Source of the DNA: Kiritimatiellia bacterium
Lineage (GTDB): Bacteria > Verrucomicrobiota > Kiritimatiellia > UBA8416 > JABMPJ01
Assembly: GCA_029939545.1 (NCBI GenBank)
Contig: JAOZSS010000003.1
Coordinates: forward strand, 1-57,232
Length of the DNA stretch: 57,232 nucleotides
Direction: 5' to 3'
The position numbers were made by a program, and so were the translations under genes. Below are positions 1-9,415 of this stretch, piece after piece. How positions within the stretch are numbered: the stretch's first letter is position 1; each line of letters opens with the position of its first letter. The notes beneath the pieces are model-generated. The model was not told where the DNA came from, ran no database searches, and saw nothing but the letters and a program-made list of their open reading frames with translations.

Positions 1-498
1 CCACCCTGTTTTCTATGTTTTTCCTCTCTCAGGCAGGAGCGGAAGACCGGTTACCCCCGTTTCGAGATACACGATTACCAGTCGTCGACACTGCTCGACT
101 ACGATCAGTTCTGGGTGGGTGCCCGTGGCTATCACCAGACGTTCCCGAAGATCAAACTTTTCGCTGGTGTCGGCCTTGGCCGCATCGCTATGACTGAGCG
201 CGGCGTCATTGGCGATGCCGACTATATCGAGCTGTTCGGCGGCTTGCAGGGGCGCCTCACGGCCAAGACGACACTCCATGTCCGCGGCGGACATCAGCGC
301 CGTGAGTTCGAAGACGCTATTGAGACCATCGAAGATTGGGTTGCCGCGGCGGGGTTGTCCGGGCGCGTTTCGGAACGTACGGATTGGAATCTGGACCTGT
401 CGCGGATGGAGCGGGTCAGCGTGCGAATACGCGTTGGCGCCGCGTCGCCAGGTCGCGGCGTCGATGCGGCTACCAATAGATCGAATGCACTCACGTAA
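1..498 (+). CDS. 5'-truncated ORF open at the window edge; hypothetical protein, C-terminal part
   Basis: Frame 1 is open from base 1 to TAA at 496-498; listed ORF 115..498 is its ATG-delimited part. Alternating hydrophobic/polar runs (IELFGGLQGRLTAKTTLHVRGG, VSVRIRVGA). No family recognised. It competes with antisense ORF 13..663. Confidence 0.3.
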   Translation, partial: PPCFLCFSSLRQERKTGYPRFEIHDYQSSTLLDYDQFWVGARGYHQTFPKIKLFAGVGLGRIAMTERGVIGDADYIELFGGLQGRLTAKTTLHVRGGHQRREFEDAIETIEDWVAAAGLSGRVSERTDWNLDLSRMERVSVRIRVGAASPGRGVDAATNRSNALT

Positions 499-1759
499 CT
501 GCGAAGTCTGCCACTCCGTCCAGGTCGAGCGTAGCGAAGTAGTCGTCGATGGTCTCGGCGCGCCGGATCTCGACCACATCGCCGTTCTCACGCAGGAGGA
601 GCTCGGCCGAGCGGAGCTTGCCGTTGTAGTTGAAGCCCATGGCGTGGCCGTGGGCACCGGCATCGTGGATCACGACCAGATCGCCGAACGCGAGCTCGGG
701 CAGCTCGCGGTCGATGGCAAACTTGTCGTTATTCTCACAGAGCGATCCCGTCACGTCGTAGACATGATCGGCGGGGGCGTTCTCTTTGCCCACCACTGAG
801 ATATGGTGATAGGCGCCATAGAGGGCCGGCCGCATGAGATTGGCCATGCAGGCATCAAGGCCGACGAATGTCTTGTAGGTGTTCTTGATGTGCCGAACGC
901 GCGAAACGAGATAGCCATACGGCCCGGTAATCATGCGCCCGCATTCCATGTACAGGTTCAGTGGGTCGAGGCCGTTGGCCACGATGGTTTCCTTGTAGTG
1001 TCGGCGGATGTGGCTGCTTAACCGAGGGAGGTCGAGGGGCGTATCGTCCGGCGTGTACGGGATGCCGATACCGCCGCCGATGTTGACGAGTTCAAAGCGG
1101 ATATCGAGGGTGCGTGACAGCTCGACGATCAGGTCGAACAGAATCTCGACGGTTTCGGCAAAGTAGTTCAGGTCCAACTCGTTTGAGGCCACCATAGTGT
1201 GGATGCCGAAGCGAGAGACGCCCTTGTCGCGTGCCTGGCGATAAGCCTCGAAGAGCTGGTCGCGTGTGAGGCCGTACTTGGCCTCTTCCGGATGGCCGAT
1301 GATCACATTTCCCTTCTTGAGGGGGCCGGGGTTGTAGCGAAAAGAGAGTAGGTCAGGCAGCCCGGCGTGCTGTTCGAGGAACGGCAGATGGGAGATGTCG
1401 TCGAGGTTGATCACGGCGCCCATGTCGCGGGCCTTGCGAAACTCCTCCTCCGGCGTGTCGTTCGAGCTGAAGAACACAGAGTCGCCTGCCACGCCGACAG
1501 CCTGGGCCAGCTGTAGTTCCGCCATCGAGCTGCAGTCGACGCCGAAACCCTCGGCCTTGAGAATCTTTACAATGTAGGGGTTGGGAGTGGCCTTCACGGC
1601 AAAGTACTCGCGAAACCCCTTGTTCCACGAAAAGGCGGCATTCACGGCGCGTGCGTTGGCGCGGATGGCTTTTTCATCATAGATATGGAATGGCGTAGGG
1701 TACCGGGAGGTCAGCTCTTCCAGCCATGCGGGGTCAAAGGGAGACGCTTTTGTCGACAT
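491..1759 (-). CDS. lysA: PLP-dependent Orn/DAP/Arg decarboxylase family 2, probably diaminopimelate decarboxylase
   Basis: 422 aa. FAVKATPNP (PLP-lysine region), GGGIGIPY glycine loop, SLCENNDKF (C-E-x-x-D substrate motif), typical length. Confidence 0.7.
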   Translation of the reverse strand: MSTKASPFDPAWLEELTSRYPTPFHIYDEKAIRANARAVNAAFSWNKGFREYFAVKATPNPYIVKILKAEGFGVDCSSMAELQLAQAVGVAGDSVFFSSNDTPEEEFRKARDMGAVINLDDISHLPFLEQHAGLPDLLSFRYNPGPLKKGNVIIGHPEEAKYGLTRDQLFEAYRQARDKGVSRFGIHTMVASNELDLNYFAETVEILFDLIVELSRTLDIRFELVNIGGGIGIPYTPDDTPLDLPRLSSHIRRHYKETIVANGLDPLNLYMECGRMITGPYGYLVSRVRHIKNTYKTFVGLDACMANLMRPALYGAYHHISVVGKENAPADHVYDVTGSLCENNDKFAIDRELPELAFGDLVVIHDAGAHGHAMGFNYNGKLRSAELLLRENGDVVEIRRAETIDDYFATLDLDGVADFAVT

Positions 1760-1817
1760 AGTTCTCTTGTCCTTTCACGGGCAAACAGGGAACAACGCGG
1801 CGGCAAAACTGTCAAGC

Positions 1818-4019
1818 CTATCCGGCACGGTCGATGGCGGCGGCGATGGCATCGGCGAGCTGGCGCATGACAATGGGTTTCTGGATAATGTCGGCGAACC
1901 CATCACGCAGGGCCTCGGCCTCGGTGTATTGCTGACTGTAGCCGGTGCAGAGGATAACCGGCAGGTCGGGCTGAAGTTCGGTGACCGCCTTGGCCAGTTC
2001 GCGCCCGCTGATACCCGGCATGGAGAGGTCGGTCACCACCAGATCGTAAGCGCCTGGCGATTGGCGCAGCATCGTCAGCGCCTCTTCGCCGTCGCAGGCG
2101 AGCGCGGGGGCGTAGCCGAGGGCACGCAACATCTTTACGGCCATCTGGGCCACGGCGGTTTCATCATCCACAAACAGCACCGACCGTCCGCTACCGGCGT
2201 GCAGATCCTGAGTGTCAGAGGCATCCTCGGTGGCCTGCTGCTCGACAACCGGCAGGACCACGTGGAAGGTCGTGCCTTCACCCAGTACCGAGGTGACCGT
2301 CAGCGCTCCCTTCAGCCCGACGATGATGCCGTGCACGACGGCGAGTCCCATGCCGGTGCCTTCCCCGCTCGGCTTGGTCGTGAAGAACGGTTCAAAAATC
2401 CGTTCGAGCGTGGCGACATCCATGCCGCAGCCGGTGTCCTTGACCCTGATGCGAAGATAGCGTCCCGGCTCCAGGTCGGGGAACTCGGACTGTGCGCGGG
2501 TGCCGATCACGAAATCGGCCACATGGACCTCGATCTCACCCCCGCTCTCTTTCATGGTATACCCGGCATTGGTGCAGAGGTTCATCATGACCTGGTGAAT
2601 CTGGGTGGGATTGCTGATGACGACGTCCTGGTCGGTCTTGATGATGCAGCTGACCTTCACACCATCGGGCACCGAGGACTGCTGCAGCTTGACGACTTCC
2701 TTGACGATCGGGATCAGGTGGACCGGCTTGTTCTCGTGTTCGTGCTGACGGCTGAACATAAGGATCTGTTGGACGAGGTCCTTGGCGCGATAGCTGGCCT
2801 TGTGGATCTCCTTCAGAAATTCCACGTTGGGTTCGGTGTCATCCATGCCGTGCAGCATGATCTCAGTGTAGCCGAGAATGGGCGTCAGGATATTGTTGAA
2901 GTCGTGCGCGATGCCGCCGGCCAGCGTCCCGAGCGCCTCCATCTTCTGGGCCTGCTGAAGCTGGCGTCCGCTGCGCTGGAGGGCTTCCTTGGTCTGAATG
3001 CGGCTGGTAATGTCCTGCACCTGCAGCAGGTAGCCGCGTGGCGCGTATTCGCGATCCATACCCAGGTTCAGCATCAATACATCAAGGTGTCCCGCTCCGC
3101 GTCGGCTGGTTACATAGAGGCCGTCGGTCCGCGCCTTATCGAAATCAATACTCATCTCGAACTGTGCCGTATCGCGCTGCTCGAGAACCCGGCGCATTCG
3201 CTCCGGAATAAACGGGTTCGCAAACGGATCGAATTGCGCGAACTGCTCGGTATCGGGCGCACCGAACGTTTTGAGGCAGGCCTGGTTGACGTTCAGAAGC
3301 TTGCCCGTGCCGTCGTAGAGTGCCACGCCGACCGGCGAGTGTGAGAAAAACTCCTCGAAGCGCCGCTCGCTTTCCTGTAGATCGCGCTTGGCCTTCTCGC
3401 GCTCGGAAACATCGTGTGCGGTGGAGATGATCATAGACTTGCCTTCCAGCTCGAAGGCGTGCGAATAGATCTCCACCGGGATGTGATCGCCGTCATGGGT
3501 CAGGAAGGTGCTGGTATATTCGGCATGGCCCTCGGCCAGGATGCGCTCAACCAGTTGGCGGACCGGGCGCACGGCAAAGGCGGTTTCACGGTCCATGATC
3601 TCGTCATCGGAAAGCGTGACCAGTTCGCTGCGGGTATAGCCGGTAATCGCGGAGGGTGTATCTGCGGTTTGAATCTCCAGCGGCGAGAGCTTGAGTAGCT
3701 TGTCGCGGCTGTAGCCCAGCGTCTCACACGCCACCACGTTCACCTCGGTAAAGTGGCCGGGCAGGCCGTCCTCGGTGAGTCCGTACATGAAGACCATGTC
3801 GGTGGTGTGGGCAAACAGAATGCGGTAGAGCCGGTCCTTAAGCACGAGGGCGGTCTCGGCCAAGACGCGGGCTTCGCGCTCGTTCTTCAGCTTGCCGCGC
3901 TCATAGAGGACGCGCAGTGAGTGCTGGCGTGCCTGCCGGAGAAGCAGAATATAGCCAGCGACACACGCTGCGATGAGTGTGATGGTGCCAACCAGAAATG
4001 CCAGCGCTACGCTGTTCAC
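1818..4019 (-). CDS. hybrid sensor histidine kinase / response regulator with PAS domains
   Basis: N-terminal TM helix, two PAS-like segments, H-box HDFNNILTPILGYTE, N/G boxes (DTGCGMD, GTGMGLAVVHG), C-terminal receiver (VLFVDDE...DLVVTDLSMPGISG). Confidence 0.9.
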   Translation of the reverse strand: MNSVALAFLVGTITLIAACVAGYILLLRQARQHSLRVLYERGKLKNEREARVLAETALVLKDRLYRILFAHTTDMVFMYGLTEDGLPGHFTEVNVVACETLGYSRDKLLKLSPLEIQTADTPSAITGYTRSELVTLSDDEIMDRETAFAVRPVRQLVERILAEGHAEYTSTFLTHDGDHIPVEIYSHAFELEGKSMIISTAHDVSEREKAKRDLQESERRFEEFFSHSPVGVALYDGTGKLLNVNQACLKTFGAPDTEQFAQFDPFANPFIPERMRRVLEQRDTAQFEMSIDFDKARTDGLYVTSRRGAGHLDVLMLNLGMDREYAPRGYLLQVQDITSRIQTKEALQRSGRQLQQAQKMEALGTLAGGIAHDFNNILTPILGYTEIMLHGMDDTEPNVEFLKEIHKASYRAKDLVQQILMFSRQHEHENKPVHLIPIVKEVVKLQQSSVPDGVKVSCIIKTDQDVVISNPTQIHQVMMNLCTNAGYTMKESGGEIEVHVADFVIGTRAQSEFPDLEPGRYLRIRVKDTGCGMDVATLERIFEPFFTTKPSGEGTGMGLAVVHGIIVGLKGALTVTSVLGEGTTFHVVLPVVEQQATEDASDTQDLHAGSGRSVLFVDDETAVAQMAVKMLRALGYAPALACDGEEALTMLRQSPGAYDLVVTDLSMPGISGRELAKAVTELQPDLPVILCTGYSQQYTEAEALRDGFADIIQKPIVMRQLADAIAAAIDRAG

Positions 4020-4058
4020 TCTACCCCCGAGGCTTCTCCGTACATATCCCGGCCGCGG

Positions 4059-4487
4059 TCAGGCGGACTCCGGGATAACGAACTCGAACAGGTACGGGGA
4101 TGAGCTGGTACCGACACGAATCTCGCTGCCGTTGTTCAGCGGGCAACGACCGCCCTGGTCGTTGCCCCCCACGAGCTGGTCATCGACGATCGTTCCGCAG
4201 GCGCTGCCGCGGTCAATCAGGACATAGCTGCCGTTCGGTTCCTGTTCGATCTGAAAATGCTCGCGCGAGACGTTCAGTTTTTCGCCCACGTCCAACAGGT
4301 AGAGCTCGTTCGTGGGGGGGGCACTGGTCTGCCGACGTTCGATAGAGCGATATTCGCCCGCGACCAAGGCCACGCGGCGCTCCCGCCCAACACGGTAGGG
4401 CACATGTTCGATGAGGCGCTCGTCGCGCTGCATGGATTTCCGGGCCTCCTCGGTCAGGGGCCGCAGACTAGGCGTCGTCGTACTCAT
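4059..4487 (-). CDS. FHA domain-containing protein
   Basis: 142 aa. YRVGRE...VSREHFQIEQEPNGSYVLIDRGSACGTIVDDQ...RVG pattern typical of forkhead-associated domains. Confidence 0.7.
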   Translation of the reverse strand: MSTTTPSLRPLTEEARKSMQRDERLIEHVPYRVGRERRVALVAGEYRSIERRQTSAPPTNELYLLDVGEKLNVSREHFQIEQEPNGSYVLIDRGSACGTIVDDQLVGGNDQGGRCPLNNGSEIRVGTSSSPYLFEFVIPESA

Positions 4488-4579
4488 AGATCAATCTCCA
4501 CTTTCCAAATAAGTTTCGCCCAATGATGAGTGGCTGTCAAGCGCCCTAACCGGCAACGCGCATGGCGTCGCCGCTGCGG

Positions 4580-5305
4580 CTACTCCAGGTCGTAGAGGCT
4601 GTTGTCATCGGAAAGGAACCCGTATCTCTTGTCGAGTTTTCCGCTTGCGGCCGAGCTGGTATACCGCTCGCTGCGCGATTCAACGTGAGCATCAGCAAAC
4701 GCGACGTTGGTTCGGCCCCGATGGCGAAAGCCCTGTGTTCCCGATTTCGCCTGGGAGCCATCGCTGTCGAGCCGCCCCGGGAAGGGCGATCGCATAAACT
4801 TGTTGGCCCCGCTCTCGTATTCGGCGTCTCCGAACAGCGCGCACTGGCTGGGATCGGCGATCATACCGAGGCTGGCGGATTGCGTCGAATGGGCCATGTT
4901 GCCACCGTCGCGTCTGAGGATGCGTCCCCCGATATAGCTGGCGTTGTAGTTGTAGCCGGTATACGGATCATCCTCCCACATCGCCTCACCATGGAAAGAC
5001 GGGCATTGTTGTATCCGGTACCGTGCTCCCATTTCCCACAGGTATGCCTCCCAGGTCTTGGTGGTGCCGGTCGAGAAGTCGCGTGTGTAGGCGGGAGGAA
5101 ACTGGCCGTGCTCAGACTCGTATATCAGAGCTGCCAGCGCCATCTGGCGCAGATTGCCGACACAGGCAATGCGTCGTGCTTCCTCCCGCGCCGTGTGCGC
5201 TGCCGACAGGGAGAGCGCCGCCAGGACACCGATGATCGCCATCACGACCAAAAGCTCCAGCAGCGTGAATCCGGCTGTGTTTCTTCTCTGCGCGTCACTC
5301 ATCAT
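4580..5305 (-). CDS. prepilin-type N-terminal cleavage/methylation domain protein, DUF1559 (H-X9-DG) pseudopilin-like
   Basis: N-terminus GFTLLELLVVMAIIGVLAAL (class III signal). C-terminal HRGRTNVAFADAHVE resembles the H-X9-DG motif. The start overlaps the stop of the upstream gene by 11 nt. Confidence 0.85.
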   Translation of the reverse strand: MMSDAQRRNTAGFTLLELLVVMAIIGVLAALSLSAAHTAREEARRIACVGNLRQMALAALIYESEHGQFPPAYTRDFSTGTTKTWEAYLWEMGARYRIQQCPSFHGEAMWEDDPYTGYNYNASYIGGRILRRDGGNMAHSTQSASLGMIADPSQCALFGDAEYESGANKFMRSPFPGRLDSDGSQAKSGTQGFRHRGRTNVAFADAHVESRSERYTSSAASGKLDKRYGFLSDDNSLYDLE

Positions 5306-7640
5306 GGCGCACCCGGAGCCTCAAAAAAGTACCGCCACTATCGACCACGGCGCTATCCGCCATCGGCAGGACTCCGTTGGAGGGAGTGGATGCAGCCGCA
5401 GTGCTCTGGATGCCATCCGTGGACCAGTCAGGACTCAGCAGACTGACCGTGCGAACCGCTCCAACATCCACGTCGGGAGCGTGGGTTGACACTGTGTACG
5501 ACACGTCAAGCCGGGGGGGTGTTGAGGCCCTGTCCAGCGCAGCCGCAAAGGCCGCTTCTCCCGTTCCGTTGGTAGGGCTACGGCCCAGGCCGTATGCCAT
5601 GAGGTTGACGATGCCATCGTGGTCCGCATCGGCCCCGTCGGCTTCCTCGGCGGGTGCGCCCATCCATGCAAAATGGCACGTGCGCCAGAGCTGTTGCGGG
5701 AGCCCTGGGGCCACATCGGCCATGGCGTCGACTTCGGGGGCCAGGGAGACGGTTGGCGCGATGCGGACGTAGCGTATCCATTTGTGTCCTGTGGCAGGGC
5801 AGGGCGCAAGGGGGAGGTCCCCGATATCGAAGCCGGTGCCGCCAGCCGAGCCGCGATAACGTTGTGCCAACGCGCCTACGCTCTCGCCCTCCCAGTCGTC
5901 GGGACCAACGGATGGGTCGGGCGGAACCGTTGGGTCCGTGGCACCCCCCCACCAGGCGTTGGAATGGCCGCTGTACGTATGGCCGGGATCATAGACGCGC
6001 CCAAGCGTCGGCATGAAGCGGTCGCACCGGTTGCTGACAAAAGCATGCCATGTTACGCCGTCCTGGCTTACCGACACGCCCCCCTCATCCGTTTCGCAGA
6101 CCGCAGAGACCGTGGTATTGGTAGGTGTCCCATTCTCCCACTCTTCCCCTGTTCCGATCAACTGCATGGCATTGCCGAAGAGCAGGAAATCCACGCCATA
6201 GGGATTGGCGGGGTTATCCAGTACTTTGTGGTCGAAGGCCAAAACCAACTCGCCCCCGAGCCCCACGGTTACAAGCTCGTGAGCTCGGAATGGGGCATAG
6301 ACCGGGACGACAGGTACGGCGTTGGTGAAATCAATGGCGCCATCGTCTCCGGTCGTATCCACCGTTGGCCGACCCAGGGCGGCGGTTGAGTCTGTGAACG
6401 GGTCGCCCGTAATCCAGTCGAATCCGATGCCCGTGCCCTCAGTATAGGTGACGACGCTGTCGCCGTAAGGATAGTGCAGTGCCGCGGACGGCCAGCCCGG
6501 GGTACGGGCCACCGTGCCGGTGGAACGGCTCCACACATCCCATGAGCCATCGTACAGCATCCGGTTGTCCAGCCCGGCAATGGTGTCAACAGGGGTTGCT
6601 TCGAAGTAGATGTCTGAGTAGTCGATTGTCCAGTGCGACCAGTTGGCGCTCTGCGCCGTTGCGTTTGTGTGGTCGGTTGAGAATGATGAAAGCACCACGT
6701 CATGGGCGTGGGTTCCCGGCAGGATATCGCCATGGCGGACCGGTCGCTGGTAGGCGCATTCGGCCAGCACGAGGCCGTCGGGCGTGTTCGTCAGCGATCC
6801 GGTGAGCGCGCTGTCTGCGTTGGTGACCGCTTGCCACATATCGAGCGCAGTGGCCTCACCGTCCCATCGGTAGCCCCATGCCAGTGCATGACGCCGCGAG
6901 CGGTCATGCCAGTCCATCACCAGGGCGGCGCGGTTGGAGCCCGCGCCTGTCCAGAACTCGATCTCGTCGAGCGCGAAGCCTGCCATCGGGATCGCCGGCA
7001 GTGGCGATCCAGGCATGGCGGCAACACACTCGACCGGTGGCGGGTTCGATCCGACCGGGAAGGTGACGACGGCTGGCCGCCAGCCATCCCAGTCGCCATC
7101 TTCCAATTGACGCACCCCGAAACCACTACCGGACTCGATCCACGATCCGCCGCTGAACGGATCGCCTACACCGAGGGAATAGTGCCAGTACTGGCTGTAC
7201 CACCCCTCTTCATAATGGTCATCCGGATCATCGGCGTAGCCGGTCTCGGTGCCGATTCCCGCCGTGCCCGGGTGGAACGCGCCGCCATCGCCATCAACGT
7301 CGTAGCCCACGCCGTAGACCACTTGGCCGAGGAACCCGGAGGTGTAGATGAAGCGGGCGAGGCGGGGATCTGCCGCCACAACGGCCTCAAACATGTCTCG
7401 CCCTGTCATGGTGCCATTCCATCGATAGCCCCACGCCAGACTGACCGGATCGATGCCGTCGTTCCAGTCAAGAACGAGAGCGGCACGATTGGTGCCGTGC
7501 CCAACCCAGAAGCGGATGTCTTCCAGGTCGAACTCGGCATGGACCTGTGCGGTGGCCAGGAGTCCAAGGCAGGCCCGAAGGACAGCCTTGGACACGGGTC
7601 GCCTACAGCACAACGCGGATCTGAACAAATCTGTCATCAT
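5295..7640 (-). CDS. large secreted protein of unknown family; tandem WGYRW repeat modules plus a domain shared with the upstream gene
   Basis: Listed ORF runs to 7775, but a signal-peptide-like start MMTDLFRSALCC...LLATAQVHA begins at 7640. Two about 60-aa repeats (F-W-x-G-x-G-x-NRAALV-x-DW...LAWGYRW-x-G). Central region similar to 7603..9186 (LGRPT...LV-x-G-x-GG-x-L...FDH...NP-x-G-x-D...FGN). C-terminal DADHDG motif. Confidence 0.75.
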   Translation of the reverse strand: MMTDLFRSALCCRRPVSKAVLRACLGLLATAQVHAEFDLEDIRFWVGHGTNRAALVLDWNDGIDPVSLAWGYRWNGTMTGRDMFEAVVAADPRLARFIYTSGFLGQVVYGVGYDVDGDGGAFHPGTAGIGTETGYADDPDDHYEEGWYSQYWHYSLGVGDPFSGGSWIESGSGFGVRQLEDGDWDGWRPAVVTFPVGSNPPPVECVAAMPGSPLPAIPMAGFALDEIEFWTGAGSNRAALVMDWHDRSRRHALAWGYRWDGEATALDMWQAVTNADSALTGSLTNTPDGLVLAECAYQRPVRHGDILPGTHAHDVVLSSFSTDHTNATAQSANWSHWTIDYSDIYFEATPVDTIAGLDNRMLYDGSWDVWSRSTGTVARTPGWPSAALHYPYGDSVVTYTEGTGIGFDWITGDPFTDSTAALGRPTVDTTGDDGAIDFTNAVPVVPVYAPFRAHELVTVGLGGELVLAFDHKVLDNPANPYGVDFLLFGNAMQLIGTGEEWENGTPTNTTVSAVCETDEGGVSVSQDGVTWHAFVSNRCDRFMPTLGRVYDPGHTYSGHSNAWWGGATDPTVPPDPSVGPDDWEGESVGALAQRYRGSAGGTGFDIGDLPLAPCPATGHKWIRYVRIAPTVSLAPEVDAMADVAPGLPQQLWRTCHFAWMGAPAEEADGADADHDGIVNLMAYGLGRSPTNGTGEAAFAAALDRASTPPRLDVSYTVSTHAPDVDVGAVRTVSLLSPDWSTDGIQSTAAASTPSNGVLPMADSAVVDSGGTFLRLRVRHDE

Positions 7641-9186
7641 TGCTGTTCCCGTACCAAAAGGTGTTGGTGCCTGTTGGACTGCGCCGGACGTTCCCATCCA
7701 GTACCATCCACCCGTTTGTAAGGCTGCTTGTGTGTTCCACTTGGAACGGAATATCTGAGCCGTTGGTACCGCCAAGCCACGTCACGTAGTTCGAGTCGCC
7801 TACGCGTCCCATGTCGGTGATATGGAAGAACGAATCGATGTTGTCGGCATCCGTTCCGGACAGAAACTCCTCCCATGCACAGAATCCATCGTGGTCGATA
7901 TCTGCGAGCGCGGCGGCGTCAAACGTGGGGTAGGTGGCGTTGGTAAGCCCGTTCTCAACCAGCCAGTGAACCGGGGTCTCATTGGTTGCCATGTCCGGAT
8001 CGAATACGGCCGTTATGCTTCGATGGCGATCCATGCACAAACCCATTGTATGAGTTGCCGTGTCACCTTGTGTGGCACCGGTCCATTCTGCGAAATAGAA
8101 ATAGGTTCCCGGCGTGGCCACGAGCGTGATATTCGTCCCGTGCTGATGGGTCCCGTTCGACAGGTTCACATGGCCGCGCCCTTCCGTGTTCACCGTGAGC
8201 GTAAACGCCGCCACCGCAGCGACATCGCTGAACCCGTCGATCTCAGTGGACCATCCCTGACCGAGGGCCTGTGTGACCATGACATACTGAATCCAGTCGA
8301 GCCCGGTCGCGGAGATGTCAACCGGAGCGCCGCCGCCAGCGCCGTTATAGCCAGCCAGCATTGTGGGGTAGTCCGATCCGACCCAGGCCAGGTTCGTGTC
8401 TACCGGCATGAGAAAGTCCGAGGGTGTTGTGCCGTCCGATCCGTAAGCCGACGAGGTGTCGCGGTAGCCCTGGCTCGGGTAAGCGCCATCGGCGGTGATC
8501 GCCGTGATCTCGTGCCAGTTGGTGCCGTTTTGACTGACCAGGATCGTGCCCGGGTCGTTATCCAGGGCCGCTACCTCTCCGTCGGGATAGCTTGAGTCCC
8601 AGAAGAAGCTGTTGCCAAAGATAATCAAGTCGGCACCGAACGGGTTGAGCACGTCGTTGCTCACGGGATGATCGAAGCGAACAGCCAGGTAGCCCCCCGA
8701 GCCGATCGAAACAAGCTCGCTATCCTGGTAGGGGCTAGAGAACATGGTGATATCACCCCAGGCACCATCACGTGTCGGCCGGCCGAGCGACGAGGCTGTG
8801 TTTGTGTAGGGTTCGCCCGTCCAGTAGTCGGTTGCTACGTTCGTTCCTGACATGTAGCCCACGACCTCGTACGCCCACGGTCCTCCCGTGAACTCGGCCG
8901 TAATCGAGCGGGCACCATCAATCGGAACATCAACCTGATTTCCATTGATCGTGCATCCGTTGGTGTTGCCGCCCCAGCCCAGAAACGCGCAGTGTTCATC
9001 CGGGGTAGCAGTTAGCGTGTTTGTAGTCCCCAGTGTGTACAATCCCGTTCCGGGTGACACTGTGCCATTACCGCCAACCACGTCCACCGTGAGAAGCACA
9101 TCTTGTCCCTCGGTTCTGGTCGCCACGCTACTACAGGCCACAACCGCCAATACGAGTCCCATCCATCTCTTTATCACGACCGGCAT
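7603..9186 (-). CDS. secreted protein of unknown family with two InlB-B-repeat-like modules; paralogous central domain to 5295..7640
   Basis: Signal peptide MPVVIKRWMGLVLAVVACSSVA. Two modules of the type VxGGNGTVSPG...TLTATP...F-x-GW (bacterial repeat domain). Central SSLGRPT...SIGSGGYLAVRFDHPV...NPFGADLIIFGNSF domain. C-terminal DIDHDG. GGGAGG directly upstream of the ATG; the GTG at codon 4 is an alternative start. Confidence 0.75.
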   Translation of the reverse strand: MPVVIKRWMGLVLAVVACSSVATRTEGQDVLLTVDVVGGNGTVSPGTGLYTLGTTNTLTATPDEHCAFLGWGGNTNGCTINGNQVDVPIDGARSITAEFTGGPWAYEVVGYMSGTNVATDYWTGEPYTNTASSLGRPTRDGAWGDITMFSSPYQDSELVSIGSGGYLAVRFDHPVSNDVLNPFGADLIIFGNSFFWDSSYPDGEVAALDNDPGTILVSQNGTNWHEITAITADGAYPSQGYRDTSSAYGSDGTTPSDFLMPVDTNLAWVGSDYPTMLAGYNGAGGGAPVDISATGLDWIQYVMVTQALGQGWSTEIDGFSDVAAVAAFTLTVNTEGRGHVNLSNGTHQHGTNITLVATPGTYFYFAEWTGATQGDTATHTMGLCMDRHRSITAVFDPDMATNETPVHWLVENGLTNATYPTFDAAALADIDHDGFCAWEEFLSGTDADNIDSFFHITDMGRVGDSNYVTWLGGTNGSDIPFQVEHTSSLTNGWMVLDGNVRRSPTGTNTFWYGNSNDDRFVQIRVVL

Positions 9187-9314
9187 CCTCCCTTTGGTTT
9201 AGTAGTCAAGCGGTCGCGGAAGCGGACCCAAGCGGGGTGATAAGGGGAGGGAAGCACACGGCACCCCAATCGCGAGGGCCGTCATCATGCCTATGGGTCC
9301 GCATTTCGCGGCCC

Positions 9315-9341
9315 AAAAAAACCTCCGCTCTCCACTGGAGG
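9315..9341 (-). terminator. intrinsic terminator acting as riboswitch expression platform
   Basis: Minus-strand RNA CCUCC-AGUGGAGAGC-GGAGG followed by U7. The 5' arm region (ACCUUCGUCCUCC) can alternatively pair with GGGAGGAAGGU inside the aptamer (plus coordinates 9449-9459). Confidence 0.6.
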
Positions 9342-9415
9342 ACGAAGGTCTGTCTGCACACTAGACTGTCTAGCTATGCGGGTGGCCCTCGATCCGGCGA
9401 AGAAGCCTTAATCCC

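Noticed and set aside
1767-3344. 525-aa plus-strand ORF, and similar long antisense ORFs at 6702..7721, 10221..11189, 12984..14477, 17665..18621, 29535..30590, 34172..35209 and 53204..53914
   Set aside because: These are shadow ORFs typical of GC-rich DNA. They lie opposite genes with strong family signatures, have Arg/Ala/Gly/His-rich low-complexity composition, and show no recognisable motifs.
7641-7775. Upstream 45 codons of the 826-aa ORF overlapping the preceding gene
   Set aside because: A signal-peptide-like N-terminus begins at Met46/47. The longer form would overlap the upstream gene by 173 nt.
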